From NCBI RefSeq assembly GCF_009914755.1, contig NC_060929.1: a stretch of 64,000 nucleotides of DNA, one strand, 5' to 3'. This stretch comes from the human T2T-CHM13v2.0 reference genome, Homo sapiens. Numbering within the stretch: the stretch's first letter is position 1; each line of letters starts with the position of its first letter. The notes beneath the pieces were generated by a model. It worked only from the letters and a program-made list of their open reading frames with translations. It made no database searches and was not told the DNA's origin. The translations under genes were made by a program, and so were the position numbers. Shown here piece by piece: positions 48,833 to 63,150 of this stretch.

Positions 48833-48866
48833 GTGTGCATGCTTGCGTGTGTGTGTATATATATAT
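48791..48866. repeat. (TG)n/(TA)n compound microsatellite
   Basis: gtatatatatgtgtgtgtgtgtgtgtgtgtatgtatgt... Confidence 0.93.
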
Positions 48867-49162
48867 TTCATACTTTAATGTCTGTCTTTAAACTCTGCTT
48901 AAGAAAACCATCTCAAGTGCAGTAAATGCCACATGTTTATCATGACACCACTTAGTATAGTGAAGAATGGGAAATCTTAATCTAGCCAGCCAATGGGAGT
49001 GTTAGGCAGACTTCACAAATGATGTGTAGAAAGACTGAATAATAACACTGAACAATGTTTATGATCGTATTGTTGAGTGAGAAAAGCAAGACTCAATTGT
49101 ACCTTATAAACTCTCTCTTTTATAGTACTTGCCAATTTGTTTTTTGTTTGCAATTCCTTGTC

Positions 49163-49453
49163 CTTTTTTTTTTTTTGAGACAGAGTCTCACTCTGTTGCC
49201 CAGGCTGGAGTGTAGTGGTGCAGTCTCGGCTCACTGCAAGCTCCGCCTCCCGGTTTCACGCCATTCTTCTGCCTCAGCCTCCCGAGTAGACTACAGGTGC
49301 CTGCCACCATGCCCGGCTAATTTTTTTTTGTATTTTTAGTAGAGATGGGGTTTCACCATGTTAGCCAGGATGGCCTCAATCTCTTGACCTCGTGATCCTC
49401 CTGCCTTGGCCTCCCAAAGTGCTGGGATTACAGGTGTGAGCCACTGTGCCCAG
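49163..49453 (-). mobile_element. AluY/Sc-type with TSD
   Basis: TSD attccttgtcctttt; gcaagctccgcc diagnostic. Confidence 0.93.
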
Positions 49454-49739
49454 ATTCCTTGTCCTTTTTAAACTGTCTTTATGTCTAGACTTGGGAGTAT
49501 CCTGAGGGCAGAGATGGGTCATAGGACAGAACATGAGAAAAGTATCCGTAGTACTTTTACCCTTAGTAGATAGTCACCCTCTTGGACCTAAGGGTGTACC
49601 TGTGGGCAGAATGAATAATAAAACTTTCTTCCCACCCAACATTTCCTAAGAGCTGCTAATAGTTTTCCATATCTTAAAATTATGGGAAACAATATTTAGA
49701 GAGCTCCTTTTCACACTGAATAGATTTAAATGATTAATT

Positions 49740-50059
49740 TTCTTTCTTTTTTTTTTTTTTGTTTGTTTTTTAGTTTTTTGAGATAGTCTCACTCTGTCAC
49801 CCAGGCTGGAGTACAGCAGCTCAATCTCAGCTCACTGTGAACTCCGCCTCCTGGATTCAAGTTATTCTCCTGCCTCGGCCTCCTGAGTAGCTGGGATTAC
49901 AGGCACCCGCCACCATGCCCGGCTAATTTTTGTATTTTTGGTAGAGATGGAGTTTTGCCATGTTGGCCAGGCTGGTCTCGAACTCCTGACCTCAGATGAT
50001 CCACCCGCCTCAGCCTCCCAAAATGCTGGAATTATAGGCATGAGCTACTGTGCCTGGTC
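49740..50059 (-). mobile_element. AluS
   Basis: Antisense Alu consensus. Confidence 0.93.
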
Positions 50060-50154
50060 TTAATTTTTATTTTTAACCTTGTTGAATGTTATTGGATCAT
50101 TAAGAAGGTTTTCCAATATAGTATTAGCAACTGCAATAAAGATGTGTCTTTCTT

Positions 50155-51400
50155 GGGGGATGCAGTGATGACGGTGCAGGGCCCATACAGGCAGGGGTGG
50201 CGCCTGAGGGTCCCGGGCCAGGCAGCAGCACACAGGTGGCAGGATCCACTCAGGCTGCATCTCCCGTGGTGCTCATCTGGCTGCTGCCATCTGTGCTGGA
50301 CCCCGCCAAGGTATAGAGTCTCATGGACACGATCTGGAAGGACCCAGACAGTGTGCCATCGATGTCCTCTAGATCAGAGGGGCCCAGGGAGGTGACTACT
50401 TCTACTCCTTTGGGGACTGCCACCGCTAAACAGCCTAGCAGCAGCTGCAGCCAGACTGCCAAGCTTGTCCATTTCACCCTCTCGGACCTAAGGGTGTACC
50501 TGGGGGCACCCACACCAGACTTGCAGTAACCACCTCCTTGGCACCTGCCCCCACCTCCAAGAGCCCAGAAGACACACCTGGCCTCCAGCAGGCTGGGCCT
50601 TCCAGAAGGGATAGCAGGGATGCATTCTCTTTGCACCTGTGGGGAGGGTCTCACTCTGGGCACCCCTCTCACCAGCTGCAAGGCCTTGGACTCATGCTGA
50701 ACAGTGTGGGAGCCTCAGTTCCAACATCTATGACAGTTGGATCATGGCCTTACCCATGAAGCATTATTGAGAGAATGAAAGGAGAACAGAGATGGGCTTG
50801 CAGAGCCACATGCTGCTGGCTCCACATTCCCAGGAACAAGGATCCTACTGCATTTTTGTCTTTATATAACCCTATTATATGGACTACATTCTGCCATAAG
50901 GAAAGGAAAACCTTGGTTGCGATGGTTTAAACAAACAAGTTTGTTTTTCCACATAGCATGAATTCCAGAGATGGGTGGCTAATGGTATTGGTTCAACAGC
51001 TGTGTGATGGTAGGGGTCACATCTCCGAGATCCTTTTGCCTTGCCCTCATTTGCTTGTTACTTCATGGTCACAAGATGGCTGCCATGTCTCCAAGAATCA
51101 TGTCTGTGATCAAGGACAAAAGGAGTGGGGGAAGAAGAAGGGCCAAGCTCGCTGGACCTGTCAACTTCTATCAAAAAGTAAAACTTCTGTCAGAAACCTG
51201 TTTCCTGCTCTCTCCTCCTGCAGATTTTCACTTAGGTGCCCTTGGCCTGAGCTAGCTACCACTGCACCTGTAGCTGTGAAGAAAGTTAAGACAGTAGGGA
51301 ACAGAGTTGTATTGGTTGAGTAGACCAGTCATGTTCCATCTACTGAGACTGGCACACTGCCTCCTGAAATAAAACTGGAATCCCATTTAAACAAAAAAAG
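50155..51400 (+). pseudogene. Processed pseudogene of sulfiredoxin-1 (SRXN1)
   Basis: Frame-corrected translation gives [86 protein letters not shown] (stop 50527-50529), matching recalled SRXN1. No intron. AATAAA at 51368-51373, A-rich tail, TSD gtgtctttctt at 50144-50154 and 51404-51414. Confidence 0.93.
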
Positions 51401-51416
51401 GAAGTGTCTTTCTTAA

Positions 51417-51739
<323 letters not shown>

Positions 51740-52534
51740 TTAAATGAGTTTTATACAGACAATTGGCATATAGTCCTTTCATCAGTATCCTTAGGTCAAG
51801 ATTATATTACATTGCAGATTGTCTCCAGGGTACTTTGGAGATGGATTCTAATTCTTATTCTCATATTGCAGTAACAGGGAAACTGAGAGATAGGGGTGTG
51901 TCAGAGTTTGAAAGACAAACTATTTGAAGACAGAAACTCTAGTGGAGCTTGATTATTAGCCAAAATACAGAATTTACTATTAAAGAAGAGGGTCCAGAAT
52001 CCTATCCCAAGAAGTTACTTGGGCATCCAAAAACAGATCGTAAGACACATTGAAAGTGTGGAACTCAGACTTTGTATAAGGCTTTTGTATCTTGAGAAGG
52101 AAAATTTAAAACCTTAGGAGGATTGGGAGCTTCACGAGTTCATGATCCTTCTCTGCACCAAGTTTACACGTGCTAACCTTTCTGCTTTAGTAGCTAAACT
52201 TTTGATTCCATGAAATCAAAACCTTTTAATTGCTTTCTCTATTGGTGATCTTTAAGAGATAACTTGGGCTTATTGGTGTCAGTCTGTAAAGAAACCAAAC
52301 TCTGAAGTGTGATACTATCTATTGAATTAGACAGGGGAAAAGCTAATTAGTACTATAGTGAGACTGGAGTGCTTCTCAGATGTTACCTAGTGGCAACTGA
52401 GGATGTGGAAGTTTACAGATTTTTAGACAGTCTATCAAATTACAATTTTCAGAAAAAAGTATTTCCAATGACTGCAATGTTTTGCCTCTATCAACTATAT
52501 ACTATGTATGAGTTTTTAGAAATGTTACTTTTGG

Positions 52535-52849
<315 letters not shown>

Positions 52850-52934
52850 TTACTTTTGCACTTTCGTGGCCTTGGCTAGTTTTAAATGCTTTTTCATTGG
52901 TAGAAGGCTTACAGAGATCATGAAACATTAATAG

Positions 52935-53150
52935 TTACCATTTATTGTGTACTCTTTCTGTGCCAAGTACTGTGCTAAATATTTTAGGCATATTATCACA
53001 GTCAGTCCTTACAGCACTCCTTTGAGGAACATGGCATTTTCCCCAAAATACATTTTTAAGAACCCTTGAGATTTCAAAGATCAAGACCAGAGCAGGAAGG
53101 GAAAGCTCTGGGTCTGAACCAGGTCTGTCTGCCACCAAAACACCACTCTT
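52935..53150 (-). mobile_element. MIR
   Basis: accatttattgtgtactc...tgccaagtactgtgctaaat...ctgaaccaggtctgtctg. Confidence 0.65.
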
Positions 53151-53369
53151 GATAGGGATGATGATCTTGAACAGTGGTAAAATCTGGCATAATTCAAACA
53201 CTTAAACTAGTTTGCGTATATGTATAAAATTCCTAGAATTCCTTATAAAACACACTTATGACATTGAAGTTCAGTAACTTCCCATGTTCCATATAAGCCA
53301 CAGAAATATTGATTTGCCACAGTGAAAGAGTTAGTGGAAGCTATTGGGCCATCCAAAAGAAGCTAAGGC

Positions 53370-54222
<853 letters not shown>

Positions 54223-55632
54223 TAGCTGCTTACGTTTGGTCTACCCACTCCCAGCCTGTCCTACCTCCTGCCATCAGATTAATCTTCCTGAAATGGAGTC
54301 CTGAGTCTATCATTCCCCTGGGGAAAAACCTTTGTTCATGCTACTCTCCCTCCTCGGTTTCTCCATCACCTGCATCACGTGGTCTGTCCTCTCTGAAATC
54401 TCGTTAGAAGCAGTCATTGAAATCAGAAGTGACCTCTATCATAGTATGTTGTTTGTAGCTTGTTGACATTTGTTCAGACACTCTTGCATTAAACATCACG
54501 TTGTACTTGCCTCCCCCTCCCCCTCAGTTGGACTGTAGGTTACCTGATGGTTAAGACTAAGACTGTTTTCCCTCCACCTTGGTTTTTGAATCACCTGGAG
54601 TGCTTTTAATACAGTGGGTCCTTGAAAAATGCATTCAGCTGAATTCAGTGTGTCTGTGTTCTCAGTCTATCCAGAGCTCTGCTATTAGGTGAAATGGAAG
54701 AGAAACTCATTGCCTATATGACTGTTATTGTGACGTACAGTGCAATAGCTGATATGTTTCTGACATTAGAATGCTCTCATTTATTGGTATTTGATCACTG
54801 GCATATTATATTTGGGATTTGTAGCCCTACTTTGACTGCTCTACTATGTATTGAATGAAGAGTTTAGATTGGTATTAATATGTTTTAACCAGTACATTTT
54901 AAACCAGTCAAACATCTAACCACATGCAAAAGAAGGGCACGTACTTATCATGCTTCTTCACATGCTTACCATGCTTGTTACATGACAAAGGGTTGCCTTT
55001 ACCTATTTTTCCTTTTAGAAGATTGAAAATATTTAAATGATGCTGTTGTTTTGATCACTGTTTTACATTCTTTGAAGATTGAGGAATCTGGTGACTATTT
55101 TATCAAGCGATTTTTCTCCTGGAGTTTTCTTTTTTAACCTTTTGTGGCTTAATTCCAGTAAAAGATTTTCAAGTAAGTGAAAATGAGTTGCATATATCCA
55201 TTAAGTCTTTTTCTTTATCTTAAGTAAAAGGGGAGATGAAGTAGAAATATTTAGCAACTCAGTTATTGCCTCTAGCATTTAAGAGTTCAGCTTGAAGAAA
55301 AGTAGTTGACTTGAAAGAATATGACTTAAGGACAGAGGTGAGAAGGAGATAAAGAAGTGCATCTATAGGAACAAATTTGTTTCTTATTTGCTTTAAAAAT
55401 TGTTTAAGTAAAGCACATTTCACCAAGTTGAATTTCAGCTTGAGAGATGTCCAGATGTGAAACGGCAAAACTCCAAATACTGCATATACTGTGCTTTTAG
55501 AAAAATAAAGTAGTTTTTTTGTTTTGTTTTCTTTTTATTCTTTAAAAATGAAGGTCAAGAAAAATATCAGCAGGAAAGTCAGAAGTGGATTTAGATATAT
55601 AAATGTCCTCATTGAGGAACAAGGGGGTGATC

Positions 55633-55934
55633 TTTTTTTTTTTTTTTTTTTTTTTGAGATAGAGTCTTACTCTGTTACCCAGGCTGGAGTGCAATGGCGA
55701 GATCATGGCTCACTGCAGCCTTGACCTCCCAGGCTCAAGCAATTGTTCCACTTCAGCCTCTTGAGTAGCTGGGACTATGCGTGTGCCACCATGCCTGGAT
55801 AATGTTTGTGTTTTTTACAGAGACGGGGTTTTGCCATGTTGTCCAGGCTGTCTAGAACTCCAGGGCTTAAGCAATCCTCCCGCCTCAGCCTCCCAGAGTT
55901 CTGAGATTACAGGCATGAGCTACTACACCCAGCC
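55633..55934 (-). mobile_element. AluJ
   Basis: Antisense Alu; flanking tgatcttttt repeat. Confidence 0.92.
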
Positions 55935-55989
55935 AGGGATGATCTTTTTAAAAGGAAGTATAGTTTAATAATAATATGCAGAAAATAGG

Positions 55990-56085
55990 CTTAAGATTTT
56001 AGTTGACTATAAACTTAATATAAATCTATAATGTAATGTGGTTGCCCGAACCATTCTTAAAATATTAGGTTGTTTCAGTATGTTT
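55990..56085 (+). mobile_element. L3/CR1 fragment
   Basis: ttagttgactataaacttaatat...atgtggttgcc...ttaggttg resembles the CR1 RT 3' region. Confidence 0.45.
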
Positions 56086-57237
56086 TACTGTTTTGAGGAA
56101 AGATAAGCATCCTATTAAGATTTCAGGTGGACATACTTTTTAAGCTTTTGTATTTGTTTCACTTATAAAAATCATCAAGCTATAACAAAACTTAAGTCAA
56201 CTTGTGATGTTTGCCTTCCAACAGTAGCTGATGGCATATTTTTTTCAAGTTCATACTGGATTATAGTTGAATTAAAAGTTATTTCTTAATTCTCCAGGAT
56301 AATAGAAACATTAATTGTTCAGAGAAACTCCAAATATAAGGAACTTTAGAGAAAAGATGTGTTTGAGTATGTGCGTGTGTTGGGGGAGGGGGTTGCCGGA
56401 ATACATGATGGAAACTTGTCTAAAGAATTCTAGTGCTTTAACTAGAGCAGAAAATAGAGCAGAAAATAGCCACAGATGTTAACTGACGGTTGAACATGTG
56501 TGAATTGGATCTTTGAAAATTTACACATGGATTTTCTTTGCAAGTTATGTGCTTCACAGAGAAGAAAGGTATATGTTCCCTTTTGCATGTCTGCTTGCTT
56601 TCCAAAGACTAGCTGCTATCTTAACTTAAAAAATTTTATTTTTCATGCCAGAAAACATTGTATTTTAAAAATTGATAAAGACACTCCATTTGTAAGTACT
56701 TGTTTTAAAGTAATATATCTAGAAGGCAAGATAGTGGCCCCCTTTCCTGTCAATGTGGAGTTCCAAAGCAGCTGAAGGTAGAAATTAACAGTCGGTAAGA
56801 GAGCTATCAAAAGAAAACCAGGAGCCAGAGACCAACTACTGGTAGTCAGTAGTAATTCTGATTGTCTACTCAATCTGCCAAGGAAAACTAAATACATTTT
56901 TTCCCCTGAGTCAGGTTAACACTTAAAGTATAAAAGGAAGTACATTCAGGATCTCATATGCCATAGTTCAAAATATTTTTTTACTTTATATATCATCAGA
57001 TACATACGTGCACACACATGTAAATATGCATCATCCATGGGATGTGATCTCAGGGAGATAAGTACCAACTCATATATTCCTTTTAAACCCACTCACCATT
57101 GCCCCAATTTTTGTTCCTTCTAACTGCATTCAACTCTTCAATTCATAATCATACAGATTCATGCAAATAACAGTAACGTGTTTACCTGGTTTTACATTCT
57201 AATGTTCTATTTCTAGAACTGCTTAAAATGTTAAGTA

Positions 57238-57383
57238 GCACGCATTCCTGTAGTCTTAGTTACTCATGAGTCTGAGTTGGGAGGATCGCTTGAGGTTGAG
57301 GCTGCAGTGAGCTGTGAATGTGCCACTGCACACTAGCCTGGGTGACAAAGTGAGACCCTGTTTCAAAAAAAAAAAAAAAAAAA
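57238..57383 (+). mobile_element. Alu right-arm fragment
   Basis: cctgtagtc...gaggctgcagtgagc...gtgagaccctg plus poly(A). Confidence 0.85.
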
Positions 57384-57640
57384 GTAAGTATATAAGAAAG
57401 ACACTGTAAAGCAGAAGTTTTTCATTTCTTGTAAGTTCACCAGAGGAGTTGGGAATTGGGAAGAGAGTTGGGTAGCAACAACTAGAAGTTAGATCCATCG
57501 CATACGAGTATGCGATTGTTGAATTACATCCTTACCTGGAAAATGAGCTGTTGTAAGGGTTAAATGAAAACCTATCTAAAGCACCTATTTTAGAGTAGGA
57601 ACTCACTAAGATGGTAGGGCTGCTGCTTTTATAAGGGGAC

Positions 57641-58319
<679 letters not shown>

Positions 58320-58819
58320 GGGACATAAGTGGAAGAAGGGATATAAATAGAGTTTAGGATTTCAACTTTGATGTATGTAAGTAATGGCGGTTCTTCTGGG
58401 TGCTGCTTGGCAGTAATTGAACGGAGGTTATTTGCCCAAAGTTTCTTTGAATTTATCAGCTATTTACCAAACACTATTGATGGAGTTGACAGGACCACAA
58501 AAAAGACTCACAGCATTTTCATCTGATTCCTAGTTTTCAGGAGAAAAATTAAAGTTCTTTGGGAGAACTTTAAAATGTTACATTTAAATATAGTTAATAA
58601 AAAATGGCTTTTGGGTCCAGTGTTAACGTTAGTAAATTAATGTGATTGAGTTTCAAGTTTTTGGCTTGTGCATGCTTAAAACTTTGTGAGTCAAGAAATT
58701 CCTATTATAAATTTATTATCTTAAAAATAAGATCTGCTCCCATACCAGAGAAGATGAGACAATGAGTCTACCATCCTAACAAACCCAACACAGATATGTT
58801 TCAAATCTTTTTCCATCTC

Positions 58820-60830
58820 TTTTTATTATTTTTTTAAGTTTACATACATGAATTCATTTTTTGGTGTAAAATTGCACAAGTTTTAACTTATATATTCCTG
58901 TAATCACCACCACCACACTAAGGATACTAAACTGCTACATTATTCCTAAAAGTAGCCCTTGTGCTACTTCTCAGTAATTAAGCACAACCTTCCTCTACTC
59001 CAAACCCTTGGCAACTACTGATCTATGGTTTTACTTTTTCCAGAATATCACATGAATGGATTCATAAAGCATGTAATCTTTTAAGACTGGCAGCCTTTAT
59101 TCAACGTAGTGCATTTGAGATTTATCCATGTTGTGTGTAATGATATGTTCCTTTTTATTGCTGGATAGTATTGCCTTGGAGAGAGATACCACAGTTTGTT
59201 TGGAGGACATGTGGGATGTTTTCAGTTATTGCTGATTATGAATAGAGCTGTCATAGACATTCGTATACAGAGTTTTGTGTGAATATAGTTTTTTATTTCT
59301 ATGGGATAAGTATCTAGCAGTACTGGGTCATATGGAAGATGTATGGTTAACTTTATAATAAATGAACAAACCATTTTCCAGGATGGCCGTGCCATTTTGC
59401 ATTCGTGCCAGCAATATATGTGAGTTCTATTTTTTTCTGCAACTTCCTCACACTTGATATTAAGCTTTTTGTTTTAGCCATTCTAACAGATATGTGGTAG
59501 TATCTCAGTGTAGTTTATTGTTTTGCATTTTTCTAATGGCTGATTATTTTAGCTATTTAAACTCCTTTGACATTTCATATAGAAGTTTTATTTGCTCATT
59601 TGGTAAACTATCTGCTCAACTCTTTTGCCCATTCTTTAAAATTCGGCTTTCTTATTGTTGAGTTCTGTGAGTTCTTCGTATATTTGGATTCAAGTTCTTT
59701 GTTGGATATATAAAAAGCAAGTATTTTCTTTTAGTGTGTAGCTTGTCTTTTTACTCTTATCAGAATCTTTCAAAGAGCAAAAGTCTTTAATTTCAATAAA
59801 GTCCAGTTTATCTTTTTTTTTTTCATTAATGGTTTGTGCTTTTGGTGTCATATCTAAAAACTCTTTGCCTAATCCAAAGCCACAGAGATTCCCTGGGTGT
59901 TTTTTTTTCCCAAGAGTTTTATGTTTTACATGTAGGTCTGTAACAATTTCGGGTTAATTTTTATATAAGATGTAAGGTATAAGTTAAGGGGGGTTTTTTG
60001 CCTGTGGATTTTTAATTATCTCAGCACCACTTGTTGAAAAGACTACTCCTTCTCCATTGAATTGCCTTTATACCTTTGTCAAAAACCAGTTGACCATATT
60101 TAGTAGAGACGGGGTTTCTCCATGTTGGTCAGGCTGGTCTCGAACTCCCGACCTCAGGAGATCTGCCCGCCTCAGCCTTCCAAAGTGCTGGGATTACAAG
60201 CGTGAGCCACCGCGCCCGGCGCATTATAGTAAGTCTTAAAACTGGGTAGTATGAGTACTCTAACTTTTGTTTTTTCAAAATTATTTTAGCTATTTAAATT
60301 CCTTTGCCATTTTCATGTATAAAGTTTATTATTGGCTTGTCTATCCCTTGAAAAAATTCTGCTAGGATTTTGATTGGAATTGCATTAAATCTATAGATCA
60401 CTTTGAGAAGTGACAACTGTGTTAGATCTTCAAGTCCATGAACATCATAGGTCTCTCCTCTTTTTTTTTTTTTTTTTTTTTGAAACGGAGTCTCACTCTG
60501 TCACGCAGGCTGGAGTGCAGTGAGTGGCACGATCTCGGCTCACTGCCGACTCCGCCTCCCAGGTTCAAGCGATTTTCCTTCGTCAGCCTCCCGAGTGGAT
60601 GGGATTACAGGCACACGCCACCATGCCCGGCTAATTTTTTGTATTTTTAGTAGAGGCGAGGTTTCACCATGCTGGCCAGGCTGGTCTCAAATTCCTTACC
60701 TCATGTTCCACCCGCCTCAGCCTCCCAAAGTACTGGGATTACAGGCATGTGCCACCACGCCCGGCCTAGGTCTCTCCTTTTATCTAGATTGTCTCTGACT
60801 TCTTTCATCAGTGTTTTATAGTTTTTATCT
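58820..60830 (-). mobile_element. Old L1M element, antisense, interrupted by Alus (60097-60220 left arm only; 60461-60766)
   Basis: cttttggtgtcatatctaa, cagcaccacttgttgaaaagact, gattggaattgcattaaatctatagatca. Confidence 0.88.
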
Positions 60831-61484
60831 CTCTTTAAAGTTGAAGAATCCATTGATTCTGATGTTTGGGGGTTTTTTGTTTGTTTTTTTACCTTTCTTC
60901 CTAACAGAAATGTTTTCAGAATCTGATTTAAGTTTCTTTTACTGCAGTAGGTACACTAGAAAACATAATTATTTGTCCAGATCTCCATCTTATTTAGTGT
61001 TGGACCCAGGCCCTCAATGACAGAAGGTCCCCTTTAATAGGGCAGTGACTATGTGTACCAATTCCACGGGTCTAGCCAGCTTTTCATAAGTGACAACAGA
61101 CCAGAGAGCATACTTACGTCACTATTTCCTATTTCTCTCATCTTTATTTTCAGTTACAGTTTCTGTCTTTGGGGAAAAGCAGGCAAAATCTAATTTGTAA
61201 TGGATAGAACTAGCTGTCCACTTAAACAATAGAAAACTGAGTCATAAATTCTGTCTTTATAAAACTCCTCCATACTTTTGGAAAATGACTCACTTTTAGG
61301 CAGCGTCTGCCATAGATATTTGCCAGAAAGTGATCTAACTTGGATAAGCTTGATGCTTTGTACAAGTTTCAGAGCCCCTGTAGAGAAAGCTCTTAGGAAC
61401 CAGAGACCATCGTGTGCCTGTCTGTGTCCCGTGACTTTCAGTCCATCAACACACGTCACTGTAGCATTTTGGAATGTTCTGGTT

Positions 61485-61662
61485 CAGTTGCTCTCAGATG
61501 TTAGCTACTTCAGAACCACCTGGAGGGCTTGTTAGAACACAGATGATTGTGTACCACTCCCAGAATTTCTGGTTCTATAGATCTGGGATAGGTCTGAGAA
61601 TTTACATTTTGAATAAGTTCCAGGCATTACTGAGGCTGCTAGTTTGGGGCCTGCTTGGAGAT
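61485..61662. mobile_element. MER5A-like hAT relic
   Basis: tcagaaccacctggagggcttgttagaacacagat...ctgagaatttacattttgaataagttccag. Confidence 0.75.
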
Positions 61663-61942
61663 CAATTCCTCTAATTTCTGTGTTTGTGTCATTCAAAAGA
61701 ATTGATAATTAAAAAAAAAAATGCAACCAACAGAATCTCTATAAAATCATATATGTTTACAATTAAATCATTCTTACAAGTAATGAGATGGTATGGATTT
61801 GTTCTCAAGTTATTGGATGGAAACAGAAACTTCTCCACTAAGGAGCCCTGTCCATAGCTGATGTGAGAGAGAAAACAAAGCTGGGCCACATTGCTTTCTG
61901 CCTTCTTCTTTTATGTAACCAGGAGGGAGCATATCCCTAGAA

Positions 61943-62242
61943 TTTTTTTTTTTTTTTCTAAAGGCGGAGTGTTTCTCTGTCGCCCAGTCTGGAGTACAGT
62001 GGCGCAATCTCGGCTCACTGCAACCTCTGCCTCCCAAGTTCAACCAATTCTCCTACCTCAGCCTCCTGAGTAGCTGGGATTATAGGTGCCTGCCATCATG
62101 CCCTGCTAATTTTTGTATTTTTAGTAGAGATGGAGTTTCGCCATGTTGGCCAGGCTGGTCTTGAACTCCAGACCTCAAGTGATCCACCCACCTCGGCCTC
62201 CCAAAGTGCTGGGATTATGGGCATGAGCCACCGCGCCTGGCC
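61943..62242 (-). mobile_element. AluS
   Basis: Antisense Alu consensus. Confidence 0.94.
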
Positions 62243-62824
62243 ATTTAACAGCTTAAGGTTGGGTCTCAAGTCCTATTTCTTACCTCAAGGAAATGTACGA
62301 TGTTTATATTTATTTCTTTCATTTAGGCATGCTAAATTCTGTATATTGACAGCAGACTTAACTTGAATGCAGAAAGGAGAATTCAGCAGCACTCAAAATG
62401 AATTTACAACGTGACAGTGTATGATTCATTCTAAAATGCTTACCATTGACTAAAAGCTTTACTCCTATGTACCTTGATAGAGCAGAGATAGTATGGTAGA
62501 GTAGAAAGATCAATCATTAACCAAGGAAATCTGTTCTGTGTGCCTTGGACACTCAATACAAGGGCCTTGGAAGCCACTTACTTTGAATATCACTTTAGTC
62601 AGGAAATTGAGGAGTTTTTGGAATCGATCTTTTTAAGTTTCTTTTTGGCCTTGAGATTTTATGTTTTTATGTTTCTATTTATTTCTGCCTAAGTAAATGA
62701 CCCCGTTTTCTTTCTTACCACCATCCATCCCCATTACAAATTACATGCCTTTTTGTAAAAGATCTTAACCTCAGAAGGAGAGGAAATGCAATCAGCAAAC
62801 TCACAAATTTTCTTTCAGTCTTAA

Positions 62825-63150
<326 letters not shown>

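Noticed and set aside
50250-50681. 143-aa minus-strand ORF
   Set aside because: Antisense shadow of the GC-rich SRXN1 pseudogene
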